From the NCBI GenBank assembly GCA_903874955.1, contig CAIQTY010000037.1:5397-69396 (forward strand): a stretch of 64,000 nucleotides of DNA. The letters are read 5' to 3'. This document shows, piece by piece, positions 1 to 8,574 of the stretch (the first letter of the stretch is position 1; each line of letters begins with the position of its first letter). A program made the position numbers and the translations under genes. The DNA is from an uncultured Alphaproteobacteria bacterium (GTDB lineage Bacteria; Pseudomonadota; Alphaproteobacteria; Paracaedibacterales; CAITNM01). Under the pieces are notes generated by a model. It ran no database searches. It was not told the DNA's origin and worked only from the letters and a program-made list of their open reading frames with translations.

Positions 1-22
1 GATCAAGAAAGAAAGATAAAAA

Positions 23-769
23 ATGTTCTCACTTAATGGCTTTTCAGCTCTTGTAACTGGTGCTAGTGGCGGTATTGGCAGATCAATCGCTTTAGTTTTA
101 GCAAGGCAAGGTGCAAGTGTAGTGCTTAGTGGAACCAGGGCGGAAGCATTAGAAGAAACGGCTAGAGAAATTTCCCTACTAGATGGTATTTCCCAAAGCG
201 TCATTTGTAATTTGTCTGATCCACTTTCAATAGAATCCCTTTTCCCAAAAGCTGAAGAAATTTTTGGAAAAATTGATATTGTTGTTAATAATGCAGGTAT
301 AACTCGCGATGGGTTGGCGATGCGCATGAAAGACGAAGATTGGCAGGCGGTGATTGATGTTAATTTGACGGCAAGTTTTCGTATTTGTAGGGCTGCATTA
401 AAAGCAATGATGCGCCGTAAATATGGCAGAATTATTAATATCTCATCAGTCGTAGGCTTAATGGGAAATATGGGGCAGGTAAACTATTGTGCTTCTAAGG
501 CTGGTTTGGTTGGTATGTCAAAAGCCTTAGCTCAAGAAGGTGCCTCCAGAGGAATAACCGTCAATTGCGTGGCGCCAGGGTTTATTGAAACGCCTATGAC
601 CCATGATTTACCAGCAGGCGTCCGTGACAAGTTATTAGCAAACATTCCTTGCGGTGCCTATGGAAAGCCAGAAAATGTGGCATCAGCGGTTGCTTTTTTA
701 GCCAGCGAACAAGCTGGGTACATCACCGGCCAAACCATTAACGTTAATGGTGGGATGTTGATGATTTAG
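23..769 (+). CDS. fabG: 3-oxoacyl-[acyl-carrier-protein] reductase (classical SDR)
   Basis: 248-aa ORF with TGASGGIG dinucleotide-binding motif, NNAG, catalytic Y-x3-K (YCASKAG) and FabG-like C-terminus GQTINVNGGMLMI. Confidence 0.85.
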   Translation: MFSLNGFSALVTGASGGIGRSIALVLARQGASVVLSGTRAEALEETAREISLLDGISQSVICNLSDPLSIESLFPKAEEIFGKIDIVVNNAGITRDGLAMRMKDEDWQAVIDVNLTASFRICRAALKAMMRRKYGRIINISSVVGLMGNMGQVNYCASKAGLVGMSKALAQEGASRGITVNCVAPGFIETPMTHDLPAGVRDKLLANIPCGAYGKPENVASAVAFLASEQAGYITGQTINVNGGMLMI

Positions 770-774
770 GCTGC

Positions 775-2382
775 TTAGCTGCTCAGTGGGATGCACGCCC
801 TGACAAGCCCAGTAAACAATGGATGAGGCCTGAATGGCCTTGAAATTAGCTCTGGGTGAAACTGACAGGCTATAAAAAATGGGTGAGGGCTATATTCAAT
901 AATTTCAGGAAGTAGCTCATCAGGTGACATACCAGAAAATACATATTTTTTCTTTTCTAGAGCTTCTTTATATTTCATGTTGACTTCATAACGGTGCCGG
1001 TGACGTTCTTGAATTTCTGTTTTTCCATATAAATTAAACGCGAGCGTTTCTTCTTTAATGGTGCATGGGAAAGAGCCAAGGCGCATGGTGCCACCTAAGT
1101 CATCAGAAACACCACGTTTTTCTTTTTCTTCGCCGCTCATCCATTCTGTCATGCGGGCGACAACAGGATTATTGGTAGGTCCAAATTCCGTGCTTGATGC
1201 GTCACGCATCCCAAATTCGGTTCGAGCTGCCTCAATAACAGTGAGCTGCATTCCAAGGCAAATGCCAAGCAACGGGATATTATTTTTACGTGCATAATTA
1301 ATGGCCTGAATTTTTCCATCAATTCCTCGAGCGCCAAATCCACCAGGAATTATTAGTCCATCAACACTTTGGATTTTTGCAAGCAAGCTTTCGTCTTCGG
1401 CATCAATCCAATTTTTTTCAATTTCTATCTGTTCTGCAATTCCGGCATGGGTGATGGCTTGATCAAGGGACTTATAGGCATCTTTTAGTTGAACATATTT
1501 ACCAACAATACCGATACGGACTTTTGCTTTAGGGCTTTTTAAGCGAAGATTTAAAGCTTGCCATGGTTTTAAGTCAGGTTGTTGTTCAATGCCGAACGCA
1601 TTAGCCACTGCCTGATCTAGGCCCTCTTGGTTATACACCAAAGGTATTTCATAAATATTACCAGCATCTTGTGCACATATGACATTTTCATAGGATACGT
1701 TGCAAAACAATCCTAATTTTTGTCTTGCTTCTTCAGGAATATCATGTTCACTGCGGCACAAGAGAATATCTGGTCTAAGCCCGAGAGTTTGAAGGGCTTG
1801 CACTGAATGTTGGGTTGGTTTTGTTTTAAGTTCCCCTGCAGCCGCCAAATAGGGCAAAAGTGTTACATGTACAAGAATGCTATTTTTCTCGCCCAGTTCG
1901 TTTCTGATCTGCCTGATCGATTCAAAAAAGGGTAGGGCTTCGATGTCGCCAACAGTGCCACCAACTTCACATATAATGACATCAACCTCATCGCTACCAT
2001 TTCTAATGAAATTTTTTATTTCATCGGTAATATGGGGGATAACCTGGACCGTGGCTCCTAGATAATCACCGCGTCGTTCTTTAGCAATAACAGAAGAGTA
2101 AATTTTTCCTGAGGTTATGGTATCAAACTTTGTTGCATCTTGGTTAGTAAAACGTTCGTAATGGCCAAGGTCTAGATCCGCTTCAGCGCCATCATTGGTG
2201 ACAAAAACTTCACCATGTTGATAAGGATTCATTGTACCAGGATCAACGTTTAAGTACGGGTCAAGTTTACGTAGTCGCACGGATAAACCACGTGCCTGCA
2301 AAAGCGCCCCTAGCGCAGCACATGCAAGACCTTTACCTAGCGATGAACTTACGCCCCCGGTCGTAAAAATAAACTTAGCCAT
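775..2382 (-). CDS. pyrG: CTP synthase
   Basis: 535-aa ORF. N-terminus [18 protein letters not shown] matches the amidoligase domain. C-terminal class I glutamine amidotransferase has GICLGMQ and QFHPE. Confidence 0.95.
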   Translation of the reverse strand: MAKFIFTTGGVSSSLGKGLACAALGALLQARGLSVRLRKLDPYLNVDPGTMNPYQHGEVFVTNDGAEADLDLGHYERFTNQDATKFDTITSGKIYSSVIAKERRGDYLGATVQVIPHITDEIKNFIRNGSDEVDVIICEVGGTVGDIEALPFFESIRQIRNELGEKNSILVHVTLLPYLAAAGELKTKPTQHSVQALQTLGLRPDILLCRSEHDIPEEARQKLGLFCNVSYENVICAQDAGNIYEIPLVYNQEGLDQAVANAFGIEQQPDLKPWQALNLRLKSPKAKVRIGIVGKYVQLKDAYKSLDQAITHAGIAEQIEIEKNWIDAEDESLLAKIQSVDGLIIPGGFGARGIDGKIQAINYARKNNIPLLGICLGMQLTVIEAARTEFGMRDASSTEFGPTNNPVVARMTEWMSGEEKEKRGVSDDLGGTMRLGSFPCTIKEETLAFNLYGKTEIQERHRHRYEVNMKYKEALEKKKYVFSGMSPDELLPEIIEYSPHPFFIACQFHPELISRPFRPHPLFTGLVRACIPLSS

Positions 2383-2384
2383 AT

Positions 2385-2657
2385 TTATGGCTTAGCTGGA
2401 GTTTGGCTTACGATTTTTGTCTGGTTTTTAATAGAATGACTGGTAAGCACCGTCATGAATAAACAGTTTGCCATAAAGAGTGCTGCTAACCCTGCTGTTA
2501 CCCTAGTTAAAAGGTTTGCTGATCCGCGAGCCGTGAACATGCTACCGCTGTTTCCACCGCCGCCCATACCAAGAGCGCCGCCCTCACTGCGTTGAAGCAA
2601 AATAACACCAATAAGTGCCAACGTTATAAAAATTTGTATAATTAACAGGGTATTCAT
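2385..2657 (-). CDS. secG: preprotein translocase subunit SecG
   Basis: 90-aa ORF with two hydrophobic helices flanking the Gly-rich loop [22 protein letters not shown]. It ends 2 nt upstream of pyrG. Confidence 0.8.
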   Translation of the reverse strand: MNTLLIIQIFITLALIGVILLQRSEGGALGMGGGGNSGSMFTARGSANLLTRVTAGLAALFMANCLFMTVLTSHSIKNQTKIVSQTPAKP

Positions 2658-2672
2658 AAAATCCTCGATTAC

Positions 2673-3224
2673 TTATTTCGCGCTAATGATCATGATCATT
2701 TGTTTACCTTCCAGCTTGGGGTTGTGATCAATTTTTGACACTTCCTCAAATTGGCTTTTTACTTTCATTAAAATTTCATAGCCTATATTTTGGTGGGATA
2801 ATTCTCTGCCTCTGAAACGCATAATAATTTTAACTTTATTTCCTTCTTCTAGAAATCTTTTAATCGCTTTGCATTTGATTTCAAAATCATGGGGATCAAT
2901 CATTGGCCTGAGCTGAATTTCTTTAACTTCAACAACTTTTTGTTTCTTTTTTGCCTCGGCTTTTTTCTTTTGCAGTTCGTACTTGTACTTGCCGAAATCT
3001 AGAATTTTACACACTGGTGGCTCAGCATTAGGAGACACTTCCACCAAATCGAGACCTGCGTCTTGTGCCATCTTAATGGCTTCGGATCTGGTAACAACGC
3101 CCATCATGTCACCTTTATCATTAATAAGTCTAATGCGTGGAGCCTGGATTTCGTGATTAATTCGTGGGCCCTCATGACCGCGGGTTTCGCGTTGTGGGTT
3201 TCCATCGTTAGGGAAGCGGCTAAT
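2673..3224 (-). CDS. infC: translation initiation factor IF-3, starting at a non-canonical ATT codon
   Basis: The ORF-track piece 2673..3107 is the IF3 C-terminal part (LDLVEVSPNAEPPVCKILDFGKYKYE). The frame stays open upstream to ATT at 3224-3222 and adds ...RINHEIQAPRIRLINDKGDMMGV, the conserved IF3 N-domain. This gives 183 aa in total. AAGGAG lies 7 nt upstream. Confidence 0.85.
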   Translation of the reverse strand: MSRFPNDGNPQRETRGHEGPRINHEIQAPRIRLINDKGDMMGVVTRSEAIKMAQDAGLDLVEVSPNAEPPVCKILDFGKYKYELQKKKAEAKKKQKVVEVKEIQLRPMIDPHDFEIKCKAIKRFLEEGNKVKIIMRFRGRELSHQNIGYEILMKVKSQFEEVSKIDHNPKLEGKQMIMIISAK

Positions 3225-3231
3225 AACAAGT

Positions 3232-3237
3232 CTCCTT
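3232..3237 (-). promoter_or_regulatory. Shine-Dalgarno (AAGGAG) for infC ATT start
   Basis: Minus-strand AAGGAG with a 7-nt spacer (ACTTGTT) before ATT at 3224. Confidence 0.6.
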
Positions 3238-3268
3238 ATAAGGTAAATACATACTGAAAAACTATCAG

Positions 3269-3290
3269 AAAACTCTAATCTAGTCCACGG
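3269..3290. repeat. degenerate third copy of the core of the repeat found at 3323-3435 and 5862-5973
   Basis: aaaactctaatctagtccacgg compared with aaaactcttaatagactccacgg (3399-3421). It lies about 45 nt upstream of the infC start. Confidence 0.5.
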
Positions 3291-3322
3291 AAATTGAATA
3301 TCGATGAACTTTGCGCTGACTG

Positions 3323-3435
3323 ATGTTGCTTTTGGTTTGAATTCAGCAAACGCTCACGATGTTATTTGAAGAGAATGAAGCGTAAAAATTCACTCTGCAA
3401 AACTCTTAATAGACTCCACGGGACTTGTGTTTATC
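3323..3435. repeat. direct repeat copy A (~113 bp), flanking the 753-aa orphan gene
   Basis: Two blocks align without gaps to copy B. The 28-nt block at 3323-3350 has 2 mismatches to 5862-5889. The 52-nt block at 3384-3435 has 3 mismatches to 5922-5973. A ~30-nt middle part is more diverged. Confidence 0.9.
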
Positions 3436-3446
3436 CCATGAAGTCT
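3411..3446 (-). terminator. 13-bp hairpin 4 nt after the stop of the 753-aa gene (possible bidirectional terminator)
   Basis: On the minus strand AGACUUCAUGGGA-(10 nt)-UCCCGUGGAGUCU pairs fully, with two G-U wobbles. On the plus strand those positions are C-A mismatches, but the hairpin is followed by CUUUUAUUUCCCUUU. Confidence 0.4.
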
Positions 3447-3449
3447 CTT

Positions 3450-5711
3450 TTATTTCCCTTTAAATAATTCAATAATTTCAGCAGGTGGTTCTTGATACTG
3501 TTCTGTATAAGCGTAAAACCAATAAATTATCTTAAGTATTTCTTGATCAGTTAGCATTGTTTGTCCGTTTAATTTTTTTCGAACAGTATTTCTAATTATG
3601 TCAGCATTTTTAAAATAATCTTTTAGTGTCTTTTTAGCAAGAAATGCAGTTGGATTTTTTAAAGATTTTGCGTTCATTAATTCGTTATAAAGTTTCTCCA
3701 TTTCAAGCTCAACGATAGAATCATCGAGATAAAGCCGATCATTGTCTTCTCTATCATTATTTTCCTTGTTTTCCTCATAAAGCATCTCTGCGAGAATTTT
3801 AGCAGAAGAAGCAACTTTAGAAGACGAGCCATTATTTTTATCGTCGACGATCGACCGTATAGAGCTACCTTCTGCTGCAATTGAATCACTGGTTCCATTG
3901 TAGCAAAGGTTAGTAATAAAAGCGGTCAAGAACGTTACCCAATCTTTATCAGGACTATTTTTTTCAATTAAAAATCTGAAAGTTTCACGAATACTTATGG
4001 GTAGGACCATCAATCTTTCACGAACTTTTTCTATATATTTTTGTTTTAATTGCTTAAGTTGATCAACACTAGGTGGAACTATAGTGTACAGTTTTTTGTA
4101 TTCGGTGATGTAATCTTCCGTCAAATCTTCAGCGTGAAGATCGTTAAATGTTGTGATAGGGTCTATTTTTGGTCCAATGTCCCCAAAAAATGCATGTCCA
4201 TTATCAATATTAGGAAATCTTCTTTTATTTTGTTTTACAGCTTTCTCTGGGGCAATAATCAATTTTTTAGAAGGAAAAAACAAACAGCCTTTTGTATCTG
4301 TATTTGACAATACATCATCCAGACTAAAATTTAAATTTCCATGATTTTTAATTATTTTAATTCTATCTAGAGCATCGCTAAATTCTTGCATATAAGTATC
4401 TTGCTCTGCCATTCCAGTTAACCCCATAGATGCACCGCGAATAACATCAGAGACAATAAATGCTTGAATTTTTTTGTCTGTCATAAGTTTTTCAAGTTTG
4501 GGCATAACCTCGTTCATGAAGAATTGAACATATAATTGTTCATCAGCATTCAAACCATCAGGCATACTGAAATGTTTTTGATTATTCCAGAAATGCCATT
4601 GTTTAGCGCTATTGTTAGGTGCCGAATGTGTTATTGATGGTTGTCCAATAGGTTGTTTTGCTGCACTAGCATCTTGCGCTTTTTGGACTTTAATCGTTCC
4701 GTTTGTTAAATTTTCATCTAAAAAAATATAAAGGTTTAGAACTATTTCTGACTTTTGAATGTCTGTGAGAGCTCCAGTATCTATAAAAAGACGGATATTT
4801 TTAAGTCCACCACCTGGATTTCCATAAAGCACGCTACCCACAAAGTTGCCTAATTCCTCAGCTACTAAATTTTTCCCGTCGTTATTCAAGTTAACGAAGG
4901 TTATTACTAAAGTTTTAATCCAATCAGCTGGTTCAGTATTTTTTCCAGCAAAACATGCAACGCCGATTCTTTTTAGTTCGTCTAGCATAGAAGTATATCT
5001 TCCATCTGTTTTAGCAATTGCATTAGTAATAATTGTGCTATAATTTTCTTGAGCATCTAGCTGATCTCTTCTTGCTGCTTCAATACTTCTAAGGCGCTCT
5101 TCCTCAGCTCTTCTTGCTTCTTCACGTCTAAGACGCTCTTCCTCAGCTCTTCTTGCTTCTTCACATCTAAGACGCTCTTCCTCCAATCTTCTTTCTTCAT
5201 CTTGATAGGGCAGAGCTTTCCTTGGGGTGTAAATATAATGAGGTTCAGCACCTATACCTCTTTTCACCAAGTCATTTAAAACCTTTGCATGACCTTCAAC
5301 TGAACTAGTATCTTTTGAATCCGCATACCATATTTCATCTTTCGTAAAATTAAGATTGCGCCCATAAGCAGCGGCTTTTTTGACAATTTCTTCAATAAGA
5401 GCTCTCTCACTAGTATTTGCTGTAAGTTTTGATGTAACGCCATTCTTATATCCATGACCGGTCATCATTCCTAATACAAGCTTTGAAAATTCAATCTCTT
5501 TAAGGTTTTTTTGTTTTAAATCATTTTCTAAAACTGCTAGCGCACCAACCACATCTAACTGAGTTTTTAATTCTGCTTTCTTGGCTTCAATGGCATCTTT
5601 TTTTCGATCACGATATTGCCTAATATCAGCATGGCTTGCTATTGATTCAGTATAAGCTTTACTACCCACCAGGGTTGAAAAGATAAAAAAGGTAATTTTA
5701 AAATACATCAT
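3450..5711 (-). CDS. orphan secreted protein, 753 aa, internally duplicated, with charged ER-rich repeat
   Basis: Long uninterrupted ORF with a hydrophobic N-terminus (MMYFKITFFIFSTLVGSKAYTES). Two related modules are visible (G.NLNFTKDE / GNLNFSLDD; ADWIKTLVITFVNLNNDG / KDWVTFLTAFITNLCYNG). I recognise no family. Confidence 0.7.
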   Translation of the reverse strand: MMYFKITFFIFSTLVGSKAYTESIASHADIRQYRDRKKDAIEAKKAELKTQLDVVGALAVLENDLKQKNLKEIEFSKLVLGMMTGHGYKNGVTSKLTANTSERALIEEIVKKAAAYGRNLNFTKDEIWYADSKDTSSVEGHAKVLNDLVKRGIGAEPHYIYTPRKALPYQDEERRLEEERLRCEEARRAEEERLRREEARRAEEERLRSIEAARRDQLDAQENYSTIITNAIAKTDGRYTSMLDELKRIGVACFAGKNTEPADWIKTLVITFVNLNNDGKNLVAEELGNFVGSVLYGNPGGGLKNIRLFIDTGALTDIQKSEIVLNLYIFLDENLTNGTIKVQKAQDASAAKQPIGQPSITHSAPNNSAKQWHFWNNQKHFSMPDGLNADEQLYVQFFMNEVMPKLEKLMTDKKIQAFIVSDVIRGASMGLTGMAEQDTYMQEFSDALDRIKIIKNHGNLNFSLDDVLSNTDTKGCLFFPSKKLIIAPEKAVKQNKRRFPNIDNGHAFFGDIGPKIDPITTFNDLHAEDLTEDYITEYKKLYTIVPPSVDQLKQLKQKYIEKVRERLMVLPISIRETFRFLIEKNSPDKDWVTFLTAFITNLCYNGTSDSIAAEGSSIRSIVDDKNNGSSSKVASSAKILAEMLYEENKENNDREDNDRLYLDDSIVELEMEKLYNELMNAKSLKNPTAFLAKKTLKDYFKNADIIRNTVRKKLNGQTMLTDQEILKIIYWFYAYTEQYQEPPAEIIELFKGK
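5088..5199. repeat. 39-bp tandem repeat, ~2.9 copies, in-frame inside the 753-aa gene
   Basis: Units 5088-5126 and 5127-5165 differ at 2 positions, and a third unit is partial. They encode EERLR(C/R/S)EEARRAE 13-aa repeats. Confidence 0.85.
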
Positions 5712-5861
5712 CTTGATTTAAAAATAAAAAAATATAACTATATATCTTTATAATGTAAAAATATTAAAAATTCGTAAAATGAAATTTTATTTTATATGCG
5801 TATTATGTTTTATAAATCTTTGGATCTGGAAGATTTGTTTGTGTTTGATCAATTTTTCAAA

Positions 5862-5973
5862 ATGTTGTTTTGGGTTTGAATTCAGCAAAGATGTAGCATG
5901 TTGTTAAAGAAATCCAAATGCAAAAATTCACTCTGCAAAACTCTTAATAGACTTCATGGGGCTTGTGTTTATC
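5862..5973. repeat. direct repeat copy B (~112 bp), upstream of the 753-aa orphan gene
   Basis: See copy A. Same orientation, offset ~2539 bp. Copy B lacks the 3' hairpin arm present after copy A. Confidence 0.9.
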
Positions 5974-6213
5974 AATTAAAGCACCCTGAGATTTATCAAA
6001 ATAATTGTTGCTTGATGCTGCAGGAGTTGGTTAATAAAATGCTCCACAACCAACACCAACCAGTGCGATTGATAATACCAAACTAAGACAAATATTTTAA
6101 ATTATTAGGAACCCTAATATAAATATATCTCATAATTATAATTTATGTTTTGTTGGTTAATTTTTTATTAATTGTGTGATTCCTTTTATTCCCTTAATGA
6201 CTATTGCTAAAAA

Positions 6214-7131
6214 CTACTGAATTTTATCCGGATCTGCCCCAAAGTATTGCATGGTATCAACCATATGATCGGAAAGGGGGGCGGTGATCACCATCTTGCC
6301 ACCATCGGGTAGGGGGAATGCTAGCTGATAGGCATGCAAGTGCAAGGTTAGTCCCTTTACAGTTGCGCCATATTTATAATCACCCACAATTGGCCAACCT
6401 GATTCACTGAGGTGCACGCGGATTTGGTGGGTTCTTCCGCTTCTTGGCCAGCAATCGACTAAGCAAAAATCACCAAGCTTTTTCTTAAGCATGTATTGGG
6501 TTTCCGCTGGGCGAGCGTGGGGTCCGTTAACGACCATTTTTTCCTTATTGCCAACCATTTCTTTACCAATCGGAAAATCAACTGTACCTTGTGCAGGGCG
6601 CACGTTTCCCTCAACAATGGCTCGGTAGGTTTTTTGCACCCCATGGCTGCTAAATAGGTGGGTAAGATACTGGGCCATCGGAATGGTTTTTGCCATAACT
6701 AAAACCCCACTGGTCTCTTTATCGATTCGATGTACCAGTCTTGCTTCAGGATTATACGCTTTCATAATTGCATCGATATGGCGCTTGGTGCCTGTGCCGC
6801 CTTGAACAGCTAGTCCTTGCGGTTTGTTCAAGGCTATCATGTGTTCATCTTCCCAAACGATGATGGTCTCAATCCATTTGATATCCTCATTGCTAACGTG
6901 AACTTCGCGTTTAATTCTCTCTGTCGAATGGGTTGTGTATAAAGACATATCAACCAGAATGCGAAGTTGTTCTTCAGATTCAACGCGGGTGCTGCTTTTG
7001 GCGGGTTTGCCATCGACGAGAATTTTTTTACTGCGCAGGAGTTTTTCCAAAGCTCCCTGGGTAAGCCCTGGGTAGAGGCGGCGTAAAAATCGATCAAGAC
7101 GGGTCAGATTATATGGAATAGAATCAGTCAT
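6214..7131 (-). CDS. RluA/RluC/RluD-family ribosomal large-subunit pseudouridine synthase
   Basis: 305-aa ORF with an S4-like N-terminus (RLDRFLRR...KLLRSKKILVDGKP) and the catalytic motif HRIDKETSGVLVMAK. Confidence 0.85.
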   Translation of the reverse strand: MTDSIPYNLTRLDRFLRRLYPGLTQGALEKLLRSKKILVDGKPAKSSTRVESEEQLRILVDMSLYTTHSTERIKREVHVSNEDIKWIETIIVWEDEHMIALNKPQGLAVQGGTGTKRHIDAIMKAYNPEARLVHRIDKETSGVLVMAKTIPMAQYLTHLFSSHGVQKTYRAIVEGNVRPAQGTVDFPIGKEMVGNKEKMVVNGPHARPAETQYMLKKKLGDFCLVDCWPRSGRTHQIRVHLSESGWPIVGDYKYGATVKGLTLHLHAYQLAFPLPDGGKMVITAPLSDHMVDTMQYFGADPDKIQ

Positions 7132-8382
7132 TTATTTTGCTTTTACCTCTACAAGGGTTTTCCAATTTGTTGTGTATGCTGGGGTTTTGTGGTCTCTTTT
7201 GTTCATCCATCCGACGCTTTGACCACATGATAATGGACGAACGGTCCCAAGGCCAAAACGTTGATTGATGCTATCCATAACCTTATCAATGTCGGGCTTT
7301 CTAGATTGATTGACTGAAACGAATAATTCTTTAGCAGACGGGGCGTTTGCATCACGCAGGTCAATCGCCATAATACCCAGTTTATGGTAAGCAACCGTTG
7401 GGTCAAAAAAACTTTCAACTGCTTGCTGCGCAAGGGTAATAATCGATGTTGTATCATTCGTAGGAGCTGCCAATACGATTGTTTGCTGATGAAAAACCGG
7501 TTTTTCGCTGCGGTAACGAGAATTCCGAGCGTACACCCAGATGGTCATGGTTTTTTGCGAAGATGCCCGTAGCTTGTGGGCCAGGCGAAACCCATAACGT
7601 GCGATGATTTGTTTTAGGGTTTCTAAATCTTGTACCGGCTCTGATAAGCTTCTGGTAATTTGAATGGATTTTTTGCTTTCCTGAATCAGGCTTAAGGACA
7701 GACATGAAATCCCGCCAAGCTCACGCAGGGTTCGTTCTACAATAACATTATATTTTCTTCTGGCCCAAGCAGGATCAGTCGTCATCAGATCATAGGCAGT
7801 GTATACGCCATGTTCTTTTAGGCTTTTATTAAGCCTTGTGCCAATTCCCCAGATTTTAGCAACGGGAATAGCTTTTAAATTATCATGATAGGCTTTGGTG
7901 TGGTCTATATAGCATGAAATCCCGCGCACTTTGGATTCAAGATTCGCAAGCTTCGCTAAGGTTTTTGTCGGGCCAAATCCAATTGAAGTGGGAATGCCTG
8001 TACATTGTAATATATGCTTTCGAAGCCGATCACCTTCCTCGGCCCAGTTTATTGAATCATTAAATTCTAAAAAGGCTTCATCAACTGAGTAGACTTCAAC
8101 TTTTTCACATTCCTGCTGCAAGATATTCATGACTCTGCGGCTCATGTCTCCGTACAACTCAAAATTACAGGATAGTACTTGGATATCGTAGGCTTTCACT
8201 AAATGGCGTATTTCAAATAGAGGGGCCCCCATGGGAATGCCTAGAAGCTTTGCTTCATTAGAGCGAGCGATAGCGCACCCATCGTTATTTGATAGAACAA
8301 TCACAGGCTTGTTTTCAAGATCAGGCCTAAAGACCCGCTCGCAGGAGACGAAAAAGTTGTTGCAATCAATTAAAGCAAACAT
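7132..8382 (-). CDS. umuC: Y-family translesion DNA polymerase, UmuC-like
   Basis: The N-terminus MFALIDCNNFFVSCERVFRPDLENKPVIVLSNNDGCAIARSNEAKLLGI is near-colinear with the E. coli UmuC N-terminus. ATG at 8382 is preferred over the track's GTG at 8391. The stop abuts the rluC-like ATG. Confidence 0.8.
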   Translation of the reverse strand: MFALIDCNNFFVSCERVFRPDLENKPVIVLSNNDGCAIARSNEAKLLGIPMGAPLFEIRHLVKAYDIQVLSCNFELYGDMSRRVMNILQQECEKVEVYSVDEAFLEFNDSINWAEEGDRLRKHILQCTGIPTSIGFGPTKTLAKLANLESKVRGISCYIDHTKAYHDNLKAIPVAKIWGIGTRLNKSLKEHGVYTAYDLMTTDPAWARRKYNVIVERTLRELGGISCLSLSLIQESKKSIQITRSLSEPVQDLETLKQIIARYGFRLAHKLRASSQKTMTIWVYARNSRYRSEKPVFHQQTIVLAAPTNDTTSIITLAQQAVESFFDPTVAYHKLGIMAIDLRDANAPSAKELFVSVNQSRKPDIDKVMDSINQRFGLGTVRPLSCGQSVGWMNKRDHKTPAYTTNWKTLVEVKAK

Positions 8383-8574
8383 GGGTAGCACCAGATGACA
8401 TTATCAAGAATATAAAACCATATGGTGTTTGCGTCTAGTTATCATATCGTTGGTAAGATTTTATCTCAATATTGTTTTATGAGTATTTTTGAGGGGTGAT
8501 ATTTAATTATTAACTCAATATTAATTGCTGTATTTTAAATTGTAAATACAATAAATAGAAATTATAGGATCAAA

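Noticed and set aside
5898-6086. 62-aa ORF lying on repeat copy B
   Set aside because: The equivalent frame in repeat copy A is interrupted by stops, so the repeat is not conserved as coding sequence.
8383-8574. SOS (LexA) box upstream of umuC
   Set aside because: No GAAC-N7-GAAC/GTTC-N7-GTTC (alphaproteobacterial) or CTGT-N8-ACAG (E. coli-type) motif was found by eye in the spacer.
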